A stretch of DNA of 64,000 bases from assembly GCA_012516125.1 (NCBI GenBank), contig JAAYXB010000075.1, forward strand, positions 5,829 to 69,828, read 5' to 3'. The notes under the pieces are model-generated. The model had not been told where the DNA came from, ran no database searches, and was given only the letters and a program-made list of their open reading frames with translations. Source of the DNA: Bacillota bacterium (GTDB lineage: Bacteria; Bacillota; SHA-98; UBA4971). Every line of letters starts with the position of its first letter. Position 1 is the stretch's first letter. Of the stretch, positions 39,129-49,147 are shown piece after piece. A program made the position numbers and the translations under genes.

Positions 39129-40601
39129 TTGGACCCAAAGATCGCAGCAGCCGTCTTGACCCTCCTTCTACTCGTCTTCTCAGCACAAAACCAGACCCCC
39201 TCCCCAGGTTCCGTCGAGCCGCCTGCGAACGTGCACGGTGCGTCGCTGCCGAACAGGACCGTAGCCGAGCCTCCATCCGGGAAGGACGCCGCAAACCAGG
39301 GCCCCCAGGCCACGACCAGGCGCGCGCAGCCTGAACTCGGGGCCGGGGCGAAAGCGAGGCCGGTGCCCGAACTCGAACCGGGCACCAGCACAACGGTCAC
39401 GGAGCGCGCGAGAGTGCGTAAAGGGCCTGGCACATCGTATGCAACCCTCGCGAAGGTGAGCCCTTCCACAAAGTTAGTTACGCTCGCCCGTCACAACGAC
39501 TGGTACCAGGTCCGACTGCAGGACGGACGGGTTGGCTGGATTGCGGGGTTTCTCATCCTGGACCCGGCCGAAGGACGCGGACGCAGCGTGGATCCCGCGC
39601 CGATTCCGACGGCGCCTGGCGGGTCGAACCACAGGCCGCGCGGCACTCGCTGGGTGCTGGGGTACTACACCGAGGACTACCCGGGTGACCCGACATCATA
39701 TGGCTCTCTCTTGAGGAGCAAAGGAGTCCTCGACTCCATGGCAGCTTTCCTGCACCCTGTGGACGCCGGTGGCCGCGTCTCCGGAACGGCGAGCAAGCGC
39801 GCACTCGAGGCCGCGAAGTCCGCAGGAATTCAGGCCCTGGCTCTCGTGCACAACCTGACCACCTCGGGGTTCGATGGGAAGCGGGCCCACGCCATGCTCC
39901 AGAACACCAACTCCCGGACGAGGGCCATAGCGGATATCCTGGATATCCTGGAGCGAGGCGGGTACGATGGCGTGAACATCGATCTCGAGAACGTGTACCC
40001 GTCGGACCGCGACAGGCTCACAGCGTTCATGGAGGAGCTTGCCGAAAAGCTCAGGCCCCGAGGTTACCTTGTAACCATATCGGTGCCCGCGAAGACTGCG
40101 GATCACGCCGGGACCGAGTGGGTGGGGGCGTTTGACTACTACGCGCTCGGCCGAGTGTGCGACCACGTAATGCTGATGACCTACGACGAGCACGCATGGA
40201 CCAGCGGCCCGGGGCCGATCGCGTCTTACAACTGGGTGGAAAGGGTCGTGCGGTACGCCATCACTCAGATGCCGCGAAGCAAGATCCTGCTGGGCATCCC
40301 GGCCTACGGCTACGACTGGAACCTTCACACGGGCCGCGTCACGGCTCTTTCGTACACGCAGGTCATGAACCGTGCGAGAAGCCTCGGCATCGACCCGTCG
40401 TGGGACTCGACGGCGAGATCGCCTTACTTCAAATATGTAGACGCACGCGGCGAGCGCCATGAGGTGTGGTTCGAGTCTTCCCACAGCATAAAGCCCAAGC
40501 TTGATCTCGTCACCAGGTACGACCTGGGCGGAGTGGCCATATGGAGGCTGGGATACGAGGATGACGCCTACTGGCAGGTCATCCGCGAAAAGCTGGGGTG
40601 A
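39129..40601 (+). CDS. Secreted glycoside hydrolase family 18 protein with SH3b-like domain (putative spore cortex/peptidoglycan hydrolase, YaaH/YdhD-like)
   Basis: AAGGAGGAG RBS then TTG gives a signal-peptide start MDPKIAAAVLTLLLLVFSAQ (the ORF-track start at 39078 is GTG). GH18 core GVNIDLEN, MTYDEH. Confidence 0.75.
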   Translation: MDPKIAAAVLTLLLLVFSAQNQTPSPGSVEPPANVHGASLPNRTVAEPPSGKDAANQGPQATTRRAQPELGAGAKARPVPELEPGTSTTVTERARVRKGPGTSYATLAKVSPSTKLVTLARHNDWYQVRLQDGRVGWIAGFLILDPAEGRGRSVDPAPIPTAPGGSNHRPRGTRWVLGYYTEDYPGDPTSYGSLLRSKGVLDSMAAFLHPVDAGGRVSGTASKRALEAAKSAGIQALALVHNLTTSGFDGKRAHAMLQNTNSRTRAIADILDILERGGYDGVNIDLENVYPSDRDRLTAFMEELAEKLRPRGYLVTISVPAKTADHAGTEWVGAFDYYALGRVCDHVMLMTYDEHAWTSGPGPIASYNWVERVVRYAITQMPRSKILLGIPAYGYDWNLHTGRVTALSYTQVMNRARSLGIDPSWDSTARSPYFKYVDARGERHEVWFESSHSIKPKLDLVTRYDLGGVAIWRLGYEDDAYWQVIREKLG

Positions 40602-40725
40602 GGCGTGGGAGAAGCCTGGGCTCGTGCGAGCGCTGACGCGAACCCAGAGCCTGGCACGGCCCATGCCGCAGGACGACGCTGGACGCTGGACCTTGGCGCA
40701 GCCACACGGCTTTTCACAGGGCTGC

Positions 40726-41745
40726 TTACTGCATGCCGAGAAGCTCGGATATGGTGGCGAACTGATAGCCCTTCTTGCGTGCCGCCTCAACGATGGCCGG
40801 AAGCGCTTTGTTTGTGACCTCTGCGGGGTGCATCAGAATGATCGCTCCGGGGGTCGTCTTGCGTACCACCCGGTCGATCACTTTCTGCGGGTCGCTGGTC
40901 TTCCAATCTATCGTGTCGATGGTCCACATGATCGTGGTGTAGCCAAGGGACGCAGCAGCCGACGTCACCGTCTGGTTGCATTCGCCGTACGGTGGAGCGA
41001 AGAGCTTGCTGGGCCTTGCTCCGAGCCTTCCAAGCAGGTCTTCGTTCCGCAGGATGAGGTCACGGATCTCGGCCTCGGGCATCCTGGCCACGTGGACGTG
41101 CTTCGCCCCGTGGTTTCCGATCTCGTGCCCCTCGTCCGCGAGAAGCTTCACGAACTCCGGACGCTTTTCCGCCCACTCGCCGTCCAGGAAGAACGTGGCC
41201 TTCACGTTGTGGGCGCGGAGGGTCTCCAGCATGGCGGGGATGTGCTCCTCACCCCACGCCACGTTCACCGAAAGGGCCATGACCTTCTGGTCGGTCTCTA
41301 CCCTGTAGACGGGGTTGAACAGCCTCCGCGTTATGCTCGGCATTACGGCTACCCTGGCAAGCTCGACCGCCTCACCCGGCTTTGCCTGCATCACCCGGGC
41401 CACCGTGAGGTCCACGTCAACGTCGATCCCTGGCTCCTCCGCTATGATCTCCCCGGTCTCCTTGAAGAACATGGCGTCCTTCGGGGAGACCCGTTCCCGC
41501 TCTGCCATGGTCTCGACGATGCGTCGCACCTCCTGGGCCAGCAGCCCCGCCACCTGCTTGCCTTCAAGAGTCACGCCGGGACGGACCCCGTGGAAGACGC
41601 GTCTCACCTCGTCGAGGGATGAGACAAAGACCGCGGTGAACACCATTACAAGAAGGGCGAACGCCGCAAGCAGTACCCCCTCCCTGCTTATCACGATGGC
41701 GGTCAAGCGCGCCTCGCGCCTTGGCAGCAACCTGTCCTTACGCAT
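40726..41745 (-). CDS. Polysaccharide deacetylase (PdaA-like, NodB domain) with N-terminal membrane anchor
   Basis: NodB motifs TFFLDG, HEIGNHG, LMHP. Confidence 0.8.
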   Translation of the reverse strand: MRKDRLLPRREARLTAIVISREGVLLAAFALLVMVFTAVFVSSLDEVRRVFHGVRPGVTLEGKQVAGLLAQEVRRIVETMAERERVSPKDAMFFKETGEIIAEEPGIDVDVDLTVARVMQAKPGEAVELARVAVMPSITRRLFNPVYRVETDQKVMALSVNVAWGEEHIPAMLETLRAHNVKATFFLDGEWAEKRPEFVKLLADEGHEIGNHGAKHVHVARMPEAEIRDLILRNEDLLGRLGARPSKLFAPPYGECNQTVTSAAASLGYTTIMWTIDTIDWKTSDPQKVIDRVVRKTTPGAIILMHPAEVTNKALPAIVEAARKKGYQFATISELLGMQ

Positions 41746-42559
41746 CAGCCGGAGACCTCCCCTCATGCCGCCTCGCATCTCCCGGTGGCTCTATCGGGCG
41801 CTGCTCCCCTGTGTGAGGGTGTATGTAGTACCGTCCCTCCAGCAGGAGGCTGGAAAGGGGAACGATGGCGTAGCCCTGCTTCTTCAGCTCGGCTATGATG
41901 AGGGGCAGCGCTTCCACCGTGTGGGCGCCCGTCACATGGAACCGCACGATGGCGCCCTTGTGAATCTTCCCGAGGACCCTGGCCTTCATGTCAGCCGCAG
42001 GAGCGCCCCGCCAGTCCAGCGAGTCTATGCTCCACACCACCGTCTCATAGCCGAGGTCTCTGGCGGTCTCAATGACCTTGTTGCTATACTCGCCGTATGG
42101 GGGACGGAACACCTTCGGCGCCAGTCCCGTCACCTCTTCTATGGTCTTGTGAGCCTTCTCCAGCTCCCGCTTGAGCTCGGATGCGAGACACGAATTCGGG
42201 TGCGGCACAGAGTAGGTGTAGTTCCCGAGGTCGTGGCCACAAGACACGATCTGCCGGGCCGCTAGCGGATGGTCCATGACCCACTTCCCCGAGAGAAAGA
42301 ACGTCGCCCTGACATCGTGCTCCTTCAGTACCGCGAGGATCTCCGTGGTCCGGTCCCTGCCGAACCCGCTCTCGAACGTGAAGGCGACCTTGTCGTCCGC
42401 CGTTGCGACGAAGTATACGGGCACGAGCCTGCCCGATACCGTGGCGATGACCGCCCTTGCCGCGCCGACGAGAGCAAGCTCGGCAGCGTGCACGAGGACG
42501 AGCAGCACGACGGCTGCAATGAGCAGGCGGTGCCAGTTTCGTCCTATGATAACGAGCAC
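41738..42559 (-). CDS. Polysaccharide deacetylase (NodB domain), membrane-anchored
   Basis: TFFLSG, HDLGNYTY, RFHV motifs. Confidence 0.8.
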   Translation of the reverse strand: MLVIIGRNWHRLLIAAVVLLVLVHAAELALVGAARAVIATVSGRLVPVYFVATADDKVAFTFESGFGRDRTTEILAVLKEHDVRATFFLSGKWVMDHPLAARQIVSCGHDLGNYTYSVPHPNSCLASELKRELEKAHKTIEEVTGLAPKVFRPPYGEYSNKVIETARDLGYETVVWSIDSLDWRGAPAADMKARVLGKIHKGAIVRFHVTGAHTVEALPLIIAELKKQGYAIVPLSSLLLEGRYYIHPHTGEQRPIEPPGDARRHEGRSPADA

Positions 42560-42737
42560 GGACCGCCCTCCCTGTGGACCGCATTCCGGTTATATGTATG
42601 CGGGCCCAGCACCCGGCATGCCTCGGGTTATCAGGGCGGGTTTGGTCGCTCCCCCACCCCCGGCGCAGGGTGCCGACGGGCCGCCGCAGGGCAGGACGCG
42701 CACAAGTTCATCGCCGCTCCCGGCGCGAGGCGACGAC

Positions 42738-42758
42738 GGGGGCGGGCCTGCCGCCCCC
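42738..42758 (-). terminator. GC-rich hairpin downstream of sleB-like gene (terminator-like, no U-tract)
   Basis: GGGGGCGG-CAGGC-CCGCCCCC, an 8-bp GC stem, about 50 nt after the stop. Confidence 0.3.
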
Positions 42759-42807
42759 GCATGTGCTGTCGTGGAGATAGATTGACGTTACGCCGGCAGG
42801 CGAACGT

Positions 42808-43263
42808 CTACCTTGCGAAGTAGTGGTTGCCGATGACGGTGGTGATGGGGCGAGAGTAGATCCATGGGGACGTGACTCGGGCGGGATTGTAGAAGTAGAG
42901 GGCGCCGTACGTGGGATCCCATCCGGACAGCGCGTCCTGGGCCGCCCGATACGACTCCGGGTCCGGCGGCAGGTTAATCTGCCCGTCCATGACCGACGTG
43001 AACGCCCACGGCTCGTAGATCACCCCAGCTATCGTCTTGGGGAACAGCGGGCTTTTCACCCTGTTCATGACGACCGCACCCACGGCAACCTTGCCCAGGT
43101 ACGGCTCGCCTCTGGCCTCACCCGCTATGAGGTGGGCAAGAAGCTGGTAGTCAGATGACGCTGCGCTCGCGACATCGCCCGACGGCACGGGAAGATGCGC
43201 CGACGAGACGAGGAGCACGGCCAGAAGCCCGAGTGCTACAAGTCTGGTCTTGCCGTGTCTCAT
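42808..43263 (-). CDS. Cell wall hydrolase SleB/CwlJ family (spore cortex-lytic enzyme-like)
   Basis: Signal peptide followed by the hydrolase_2 domain (GEARGEPYLGKVAVGAVVMNRV...YFYNP). Confidence 0.8.
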   Translation of the reverse strand: MRHGKTRLVALGLLAVLLVSSAHLPVPSGDVASAASSDYQLLAHLIAGEARGEPYLGKVAVGAVVMNRVKSPLFPKTIAGVIYEPWAFTSVMDGQINLPPDPESYRAAQDALSGWDPTYGALYFYNPARVTSPWIYSRPITTVIGNHYFAR

Positions 43264-43414
43264 GGCGTTACCTCCTTACCTGGTACTCTGTCGTAGCGCG
43301 CGAAGGCGCGCCAAGCGGGGCCGAACGACCCCGTTTATACGAACTCGTGAGCGGATTATAGCATATACCTGCAGGAAAGAACAACCGGAAGATCATGTTA
43401 AGGCAGATCCTGGG

Positions 43415-45643
43415 CTAACCTAGCCAGGCGGACACGGTCGAGGCGACCTCCGCGGTGGTGCCTGTGAAGCACGTGACGCCGACCGGGAGCGACGAGAGGA
43501 AGACCCTGCCGTATGACTTCTCCACGAGCCTTCTATCGAGGACGACCACGACGCCCCTGTCTTCGCGGGATCTTATGAGCCTTCCGAATCCCTGGCGGAA
43601 CCTCACTACCGCGCTGGGGAGGGCATACGAGTAGAACCCGCTGGCACCAGCCTTTTCCGCAGCCTCCACCTTCGCTTCGACCAGCGGGCTTGTGGGCACC
43701 TGGAACGGCAGCTTGACCAGGATCACGCATGAGAGCGCTTCGCCCGGCACGTCAACGCCCTGCCAGAAGCTGTCGGCCCCAAGGAGGACACCAGGCTTCT
43801 CACGAAAGTGCGCCAGCATGAGATGGCGGGGCATATCGCCTTGCCTAAGCACAGGAATCCCTGCCGCCTCGAGGCCGTCGCGAAGCGCCTCGTGGGTGCG
43901 ATGGAGCATGTCCATGGACGTGAAGAGAACGAACGCGCGTCCCTTCGATGCCATTACGATGTCCATGATGGCCCTCGCGGCCGTGTCTACGAACCCCGGG
44001 TCCTGGGGCTGTGGGAGGTCGCAAGGCACAGCAAGCAGCGCCTGCCTCGAGAAATCGAAAGGTGAGTCGAAGATGAGCTCTATCGGCGGCTCGTCGAGGT
44101 CCGTAAGGCCGACCTCTTTTCTAAAGAACCCGAACTCGCCGCGCACAGTCATGGTGGCCGACGTGAACACGGCCGACTCCACCTGCGAGAACAGGCGCTC
44201 CGCAAGAATCGGCCCGACATCCAGGGGTGTCGCCACAAGCCCGATGTCATGTGGGGTTATCTCCGCCCAGTACACATACGCCTCGTCCCCCCGGCACATC
44301 ACGAAATCAAGGGCCGTCGCCTCCGATGAGATCCTCGCTGCCACGCCCTGGAGATCGGCCATCGCGCCCTGGAGATCCTCATCGGCCTCGTCGCCGAGGT
44401 CCGCAAGGCTGTCGAGGACGGAGCCAAGGTCGCGGGCAACCTCACCCGCCCTGATGATCACCCGCTCCGCGCCCGGTGTGACCTCCTCCTGCCACACGGG
44501 GCTTGCGGTAAGCTGCCCCTTCAGCCTCACGGCCCGCTGTCCGCTACGCTCACGTTCGCCTTGGCGTTCGCGCTCCCATTCACGTTCGCGTTGGCGTTCG
44601 CGTTCATGCTGCTCGCCGTTGGAGCTCCCCTGCCCCGTCGCCCGCACGAGCGAGTCGAAGAACCACTCGACGCTCTCTCGCAAACGCTTCACGCCTTCGG
44701 CAGCCGTATCCACCAGCCGCGCAATACCAGCAACGTCGCCCTCGGGCGCTCCTCCCGCGCCCCGAAACAGCCTCAGCCGGAGCGACGGAAGCAGCCCGCC
44801 CTCGCCACGCCGCTCCCGCTCGGTCCGGACGAGGTCCTGGCAGGCCCTGCGCATCTGGGCAAGGCTCGCGCGGCGGCCGAGTCTCTCCGCCGCAACCTCC
44901 GGGACGTTGTGCGCTTCATCGAAAACCACGTAACGGTAGTCCGGAAGCACCCGGGCGCCGGACGCGGTCGGGAACGCCGTCCTGAGTGCGAGGTCGGAGA
45001 AGAGCAGGTGATGGTTGGTGACCAGGATGTCCGCCTCCTCCATCTCCGCCCTTGCCCTGGCAAAGTAGCAGAGCGACAGGTACGGACACTTCGCGCGCAG
45101 GCACGACATGGAATCCGAGGCGATCCGATCCCAGAGGGCAGCGGGCACTATAGTTTGGAAGTCAGATCTTGAGCCGGTGGCGACCTTTGGCAGCTCCGCG
45201 AGGAGCGCCGCCAGTGCCTGGCGAAGGGACGGGTCGACCGACATATCGTCCGCCTCGTTCGCGACACATGCCAGCTTGCGTCGGCATATATAGTTCGCCC
45301 GTCCTTTGACAAGCGTGAAGCTGAATCGCACACCGAGAGCCCGCGAGAGGTCGGGGAGATCCTTGTGGATGAGCTGCTCCTGGAGGTTTATCGTGTTTGT
45401 GGATACCACCACCTTCTCACGCCTTTCGCGCGCCCATAGCACGGCCGGAACCAGGTATGCCATGGACTTGCCGGTGCCCGTCCCGCTTTCGACGACCGCA
45501 TGGCGGGACGTGGAAAACGCCCTCCACACCGCAAGGGCCATTTCAATCTGGGATTGCCTGACCTCGTAGCCGTCGAACGCGCGCGCGAGCGGGCCGTCAG
45601 GCGCGAAGACGGCCGCGACCTCGTCCCTGCCAGACCGCGCCAT
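43415..45643 (-). CDS. dinG: ATP-dependent DNA helicase, DinG/Rad3-like
   Basis: Walker A ESGTGTGKS, DEAH box (FDEAHN), helicase C-terminal motifs. Internal ER-rich low-complexity insert encoded by a 21-nt tandem repeat. Confidence 0.8.
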   Translation of the reverse strand: MARSGRDEVAAVFAPDGPLARAFDGYEVRQSQIEMALAVWRAFSTSRHAVVESGTGTGKSMAYLVPAVLWARERREKVVVSTNTINLQEQLIHKDLPDLSRALGVRFSFTLVKGRANYICRRKLACVANEADDMSVDPSLRQALAALLAELPKVATGSRSDFQTIVPAALWDRIASDSMSCLRAKCPYLSLCYFARARAEMEEADILVTNHHLLFSDLALRTAFPTASGARVLPDYRYVVFDEAHNVPEVAAERLGRRASLAQMRRACQDLVRTERERRGEGGLLPSLRLRLFRGAGGAPEGDVAGIARLVDTAAEGVKRLRESVEWFFDSLVRATGQGSSNGEQHERERQREREWERERQGERERSGQRAVRLKGQLTASPVWQEEVTPGAERVIIRAGEVARDLGSVLDSLADLGDEADEDLQGAMADLQGVAARISSEATALDFVMCRGDEAYVYWAEITPHDIGLVATPLDVGPILAERLFSQVESAVFTSATMTVRGEFGFFRKEVGLTDLDEPPIELIFDSPFDFSRQALLAVPCDLPQPQDPGFVDTAARAIMDIVMASKGRAFVLFTSMDMLHRTHEALRDGLEAAGIPVLRQGDMPRHLMLAHFREKPGVLLGADSFWQGVDVPGEALSCVILVKLPFQVPTSPLVEAKVEAAEKAGASGFYSYALPSAVVRFRQGFGRLIRSREDRGVVVVLDRRLVEKSYGRVFLSSLPVGVTCFTGTTAEVASTVSAWLG

Positions 45644-46525
45644 CTACCAGCTCACCGCCTCGGCTGCGATACGACGCAGTGCGGCAAGGTTGCGCGCATC
45701 GTCGTCAAGAGTCCTGTGGGGCGTCTCGAGGATGAACGGAAGATGCGCAAGCCTGCTGCAGCCGAGGATGGCACGAAAGCCGGCCTCGCCGATTCGGCCC
45801 TCGCCGATGTTAGCGTGGCGGTCAAGGTGCGACCCCAGGTCTCCCACGGAATCGTTGGCATGTACGAGCGCGAGGCTGTCCGCGCCCACGGTGGCCTCGA
45901 GCTCATCGAGGACCCGCGATATGCCCTCCATGGTCCGGACCTCGTAGCCCGCGGCAAAGATGTGGCAGGTGTCAAGGCATATACCGAGCGGCACCGCGCG
46001 TGCCCGGTCCATTATCTCCATCTGTTCCTCGAAGGTCTTCCCGATCTCCGTGCCTGCTCCCGACACCATCTCCAGGAGAAGGCGCGGCCCCTTTCCTGCC
46101 TCGTTCGTGGCCGGGGGTTTGTGGCACGCTATCTCGCACGCATCTACGATTGCCGCAGCGATTCTCGCTATGCCGGCCTCCTCCCCCGAGCCAAGGTGGC
46201 TACCGGGGTGGAACACGAGCATCTCGGCGCCGACCGCCTTCGCGAGCATGATGTCGTGGGCCAGCGCATCGCGTGACGCCTCATACGTTTCTTTCCTGGG
46301 AGAGGCGAGGTTGAGGAGGTACGGAGCGTGGATGACCAGGGGACCTGTGCCCGCAGCCGCAAGGCCCTCTCTGAAAAGCCTGGCTTCCTCCTCGTTGACC
46401 GACCCTGCACGAAGGCTCCGCGGGCTTCGCGAGAACATCTGGATCGTGTCGCATCCGAGGGCGCGCGCGGCATCGAGAGCGCTCATGAGGCCCCCGGCCC
46501 TGTTCACGTGGACGCCGAACTTCAT
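45644..46525 (-). CDS. nfo: Endonuclease IV
   Basis: MKFGVHVN... TIM-barrel xylose-isomerase-like AP endonuclease signature. Confidence 0.85.
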   Translation of the reverse strand: MKFGVHVNRAGGLMSALDAARALGCDTIQMFSRSPRSLRAGSVNEEEARLFREGLAAAGTGPLVIHAPYLLNLASPRKETYEASRDALAHDIMLAKAVGAEMLVFHPGSHLGSGEEAGIARIAAAIVDACEIACHKPPATNEAGKGPRLLLEMVSGAGTEIGKTFEEQMEIMDRARAVPLGICLDTCHIFAAGYEVRTMEGISRVLDELEATVGADSLALVHANDSVGDLGSHLDRHANIGEGRIGEAGFRAILGCSRLAHLPFILETPHRTLDDDARNLAALRRIAAEAVSW

Positions 46526-46633
46526 GGCACATCACCCCGGTGGCAGGTATTCGCTGCTCGGAAGGGATTTCCTGCAACCGGGCAACCTTCACGGTTTTGG
46601 GCGGAACGAACCTGCGATGTCCCGGGTCCCGGG

Positions 46634-47449
46634 CTACCTGCGTCCGAGGGCGTCAAAGAAGCGAAGGACCGGGTTCCGCTCGATGGCGGCCGTGATGGAA
46701 TGGTGCTCGGCGTAGACGTGGACAAGACCCAGGACGAGGAGCGCCGCCACCCTGACGGCAAGCGGGGTGGCGAGCACCAGCCAGTAGCCGAGGGCTGCTC
46801 CCAGGGGATTGCTCCCAGCGTCCCCGAGCATGCTGCGCTCAGCGAGGTCGTCCTTTATCCCCGCGAGCGTGGCCCCAGCCAGGCCCACCGGGACGAGCCC
46901 GGGAGCGGGTAGACCGGTCGTCAGCACGAGCGTTGCGACGCCCGCCAGGTATGCCTTGGCCGCACGGCCGGGCCGGAGGTCGAGGAGGTTTGAGAAATTC
47001 GCGGCGAGGGCCACGACCACAGAATTCATGACAAGGACGAGAGGAGGGAGCGCCGGTGCGGCCATGCGAACGGCGAGCGCCGCAAAGGTCAGGACGACGA
47101 CGGCCTTGAGGATGCCTGTCGTGAGGATCCCCTTTCTGAAAAGCGCCGCCGCGTGCCCGGCAATGCCCCGTGAATCGCCGGACCCAAACAGATCATCGAC
47201 GGCACCGGCGAACATGGCGGCGTTCACGACGAGAAGGCATGGGGCGGACAAGGCCACGCCGGCGCCGCCGAACGTCATAACGGCGCCGGACGCAAGCGTC
47301 CCCGAGATAACGAGGGGGATCCCCATTGACGCCGGAACGAGGCGCCCTGCGTAATTGGGCCGGAGGTGGCCCGAGCGCTCCATCATGTCACGCGCGGACG
47401 GGATGATGGCAAGGCCGAGCACACACGCGAGGACGAAACAGGCCACCAA
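46634..47449 (-). CDS. Short MraY/WecA-like (glycosyltransferase family 4) polyprenyl-phosphate sugar-1-phosphate transferase-like membrane protein
   Basis: AVDDLFG, NFSNLLD, MLGDAGSNPLG motifs; 271 aa, polytopic. Confidence 0.5.
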   Translation of the reverse strand: MVACFVLACVLGLAIIPSARDMMERSGHLRPNYAGRLVPASMGIPLVISGTLASGAVMTFGGAGVALSAPCLLVVNAAMFAGAVDDLFGSGDSRGIAGHAAALFRKGILTTGILKAVVVLTFAALAVRMAAPALPPLVLVMNSVVVALAANFSNLLDLRPGRAAKAYLAGVATLVLTTGLPAPGLVPVGLAGATLAGIKDDLAERSMLGDAGSNPLGAALGYWLVLATPLAVRVAALLVLGLVHVYAEHHSITAAIERNPVLRFFDALGRR

Positions 47450-47458
47450 TGCCTCGCC

Positions 47459-48175
47459 TCACCTCCCTGCCCCGGTCCTCGGGAATTGTATGACGCGGCA
47501 GGCGAGAGCCCGTGCCACCCAGTACAGTTGCCGCCCTCTGTGAACGAACCCGGCGAAATCCCGGGCCGTCGCCCTGTGCGACATCTCGCAGTCAACCTCG
47601 ACGATACGGTATCCGCGCCTTGCCGCGTCGATGGTGAGCGCGACCTCGACGCCGAACCCGCCCGCAAACGGCACAAGTCCGAGAACAACCTCGCGCCTCG
47701 CCGCCCGTTGCCCTGAAAGCGGGGCCGACAGCCAGAGCCCACACAGGCACCTTATGCCGAGCCTGGCCACGGCTTTAACGATGCCAAATCCGCCCACACC
47801 GGTTCCCCGGGGCGCCCGCGGGAACCTGGCGATGGCCATGTCCGCCTCGCCCCGCACGACCGGCGCGATAAGCCTCCCGACCTCGGATGCGGTCTCCGCC
47901 AGGTCGGCATCGAGAAAGACCACGACATCCCCCGTAGCCCGCATCACGCCCTCGGTAAGCGCGGCACCCTTGCCGGATCTGCGCTCCATGCGCACCACGC
48001 GCGCTCCCGCGGCCGCGGCTGCCGGAGCGGTCCCGTCGGTGGACCCATCGTCAACCACGAGCACCTCGCAGGCAAAACCGCAAGCCACGGCACCCGCCCT
48101 GGCGGCCCTCACCGTGGAGGCCACGGCGTGGCTCTCATTGTGTGCGGGAATGATCACGGAGACGGGGTAGCTCAT
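47459..48175 (-). CDS. Glycosyltransferase family 2 (dolichyl/polyprenyl-phosphate glycosyltransferase-like)
   Basis: Internal ATG (MSYPVSVIIPAHNE...), VVDDGSTDGT, DAD motif. Confidence 0.75.
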   Translation of the reverse strand: MSYPVSVIIPAHNESHAVASTVRAARAGAVACGFACEVLVVDDGSTDGTAPAAAAAGARVVRMERRSGKGAALTEGVMRATGDVVVFLDADLAETASEVGRLIAPVVRGEADMAIARFPRAPRGTGVGGFGIVKAVARLGIRCLCGLWLSAPLSGQRAARREVVLGLVPFAGGFGVEVALTIDAARRGYRIVEVDCEMSHRATARDFAGFVHRGRQLYWVARALACRVIQFPRTGAGR

Positions 48176-49119
48176 CCAGGAGGCCCCCAGACGTCCGGCA
48201 CCCGGGTTCCCGAGGTGTCCTTGATCCCGAAGTGGCCCTGTTGCCCGGCGAGGGCGTAAACCAGGGAGAGGCGACCAAGCGGGAGGTCGGCGCAATCAAC
48301 GGTGGGAATCCCTTCCCGCTTGTAGTCCACAATGTGCGAGACCTTCACGTCCCACCTCTCCGCCCCGACGACGTCCACCTGGAGGTTCTTCAGGGCCCGC
48401 ACGATCGGGATCCCTGCGGCGGCCGGGCTGAACGCCGGGTCGGGGCTGCCCACCACCACCACGACCGCATCCGCGCGCTCGCCATCCCTGGCCCGCCCGG
48501 CATCTTCCGCCCCCTTAGGACCACTCGTGCCATGCACCCCCTCGCCGCCTGAGGCCGCATATCCCAGCGCGAAGAGGGTGTCAAGCAGGGGATCAACGTC
48601 GCCGAGCACAACGTACAAGGCAAGCGCACGGGCGGCCTCGCGCCCCACGGCCTCGGCCCCGGACACCGCCAGCCCCAGTGATGATGCGACCTCCCTTGCC
48701 TCTCGGCCTGGCGCCGGGACAAGGCTCTTGTTGACGTAAACCGCTCGCACCAGCCTGCCTCCTGCATCCTTGATGCTGCGCTCGATCCTCTCTACCCCTT
48801 CTGGGGACATCGCCTCCCGACACACAACGATGGCCACGCTCCTCCCCGAAAGCTTGCCCCGGGTAAGCGACGCGACCACCATGTCTTCGAAGTCGAGCGA
48901 CGCAGCAAGGGCCCGCTCCGAGGCGGCAAGCCTCGCACCGAGGTCCTCCCTCTCGGCCTTGAGGCGGGCGAAGTCTTCCTCAAGCCGGTCGATCATCCGC
49001 TCCTGCCGCTCAACAAGGGCGCTGTCGGTCACCATCGCGCTACCGACCAGAATGCCCACGCCGAGCGCAAGGAACACGGCCACAAGGGAGGCCACGTGGT
49101 ATTTCATATCGATCATCAC
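48172..49119 (-). CDS. SteB/MctB-like membrane protein (N-terminal TM helix, coiled coil, periplasmic domain)
   Basis: The architecture, and the position immediately downstream of a SteA-like gene, mirror actinobacterial steA-steB/mctB pairs. Confidence 0.4.
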   Translation of the reverse strand: MMIDMKYHVASLVAVFLALGVGILVGSAMVTDSALVERQERMIDRLEEDFARLKAEREDLGARLAASERALAASLDFEDMVVASLTRGKLSGRSVAIVVCREAMSPEGVERIERSIKDAGGRLVRAVYVNKSLVPAPGREAREVASSLGLAVSGAEAVGREAARALALYVVLGDVDPLLDTLFALGYAASGGEGVHGTSGPKGAEDAGRARDGERADAVVVVVGSPDPAFSPAAAGIPIVRALKNLQVDVVGAERWDVKVSHIVDYKREGIPTVDCADLPLGRLSLVYALAGQQGHFGIKDTSGTRVPDVWGPPG

Positions 49120-49147
49120 AGCCGGGGCACCCCTTCCGGCTTAGCTG

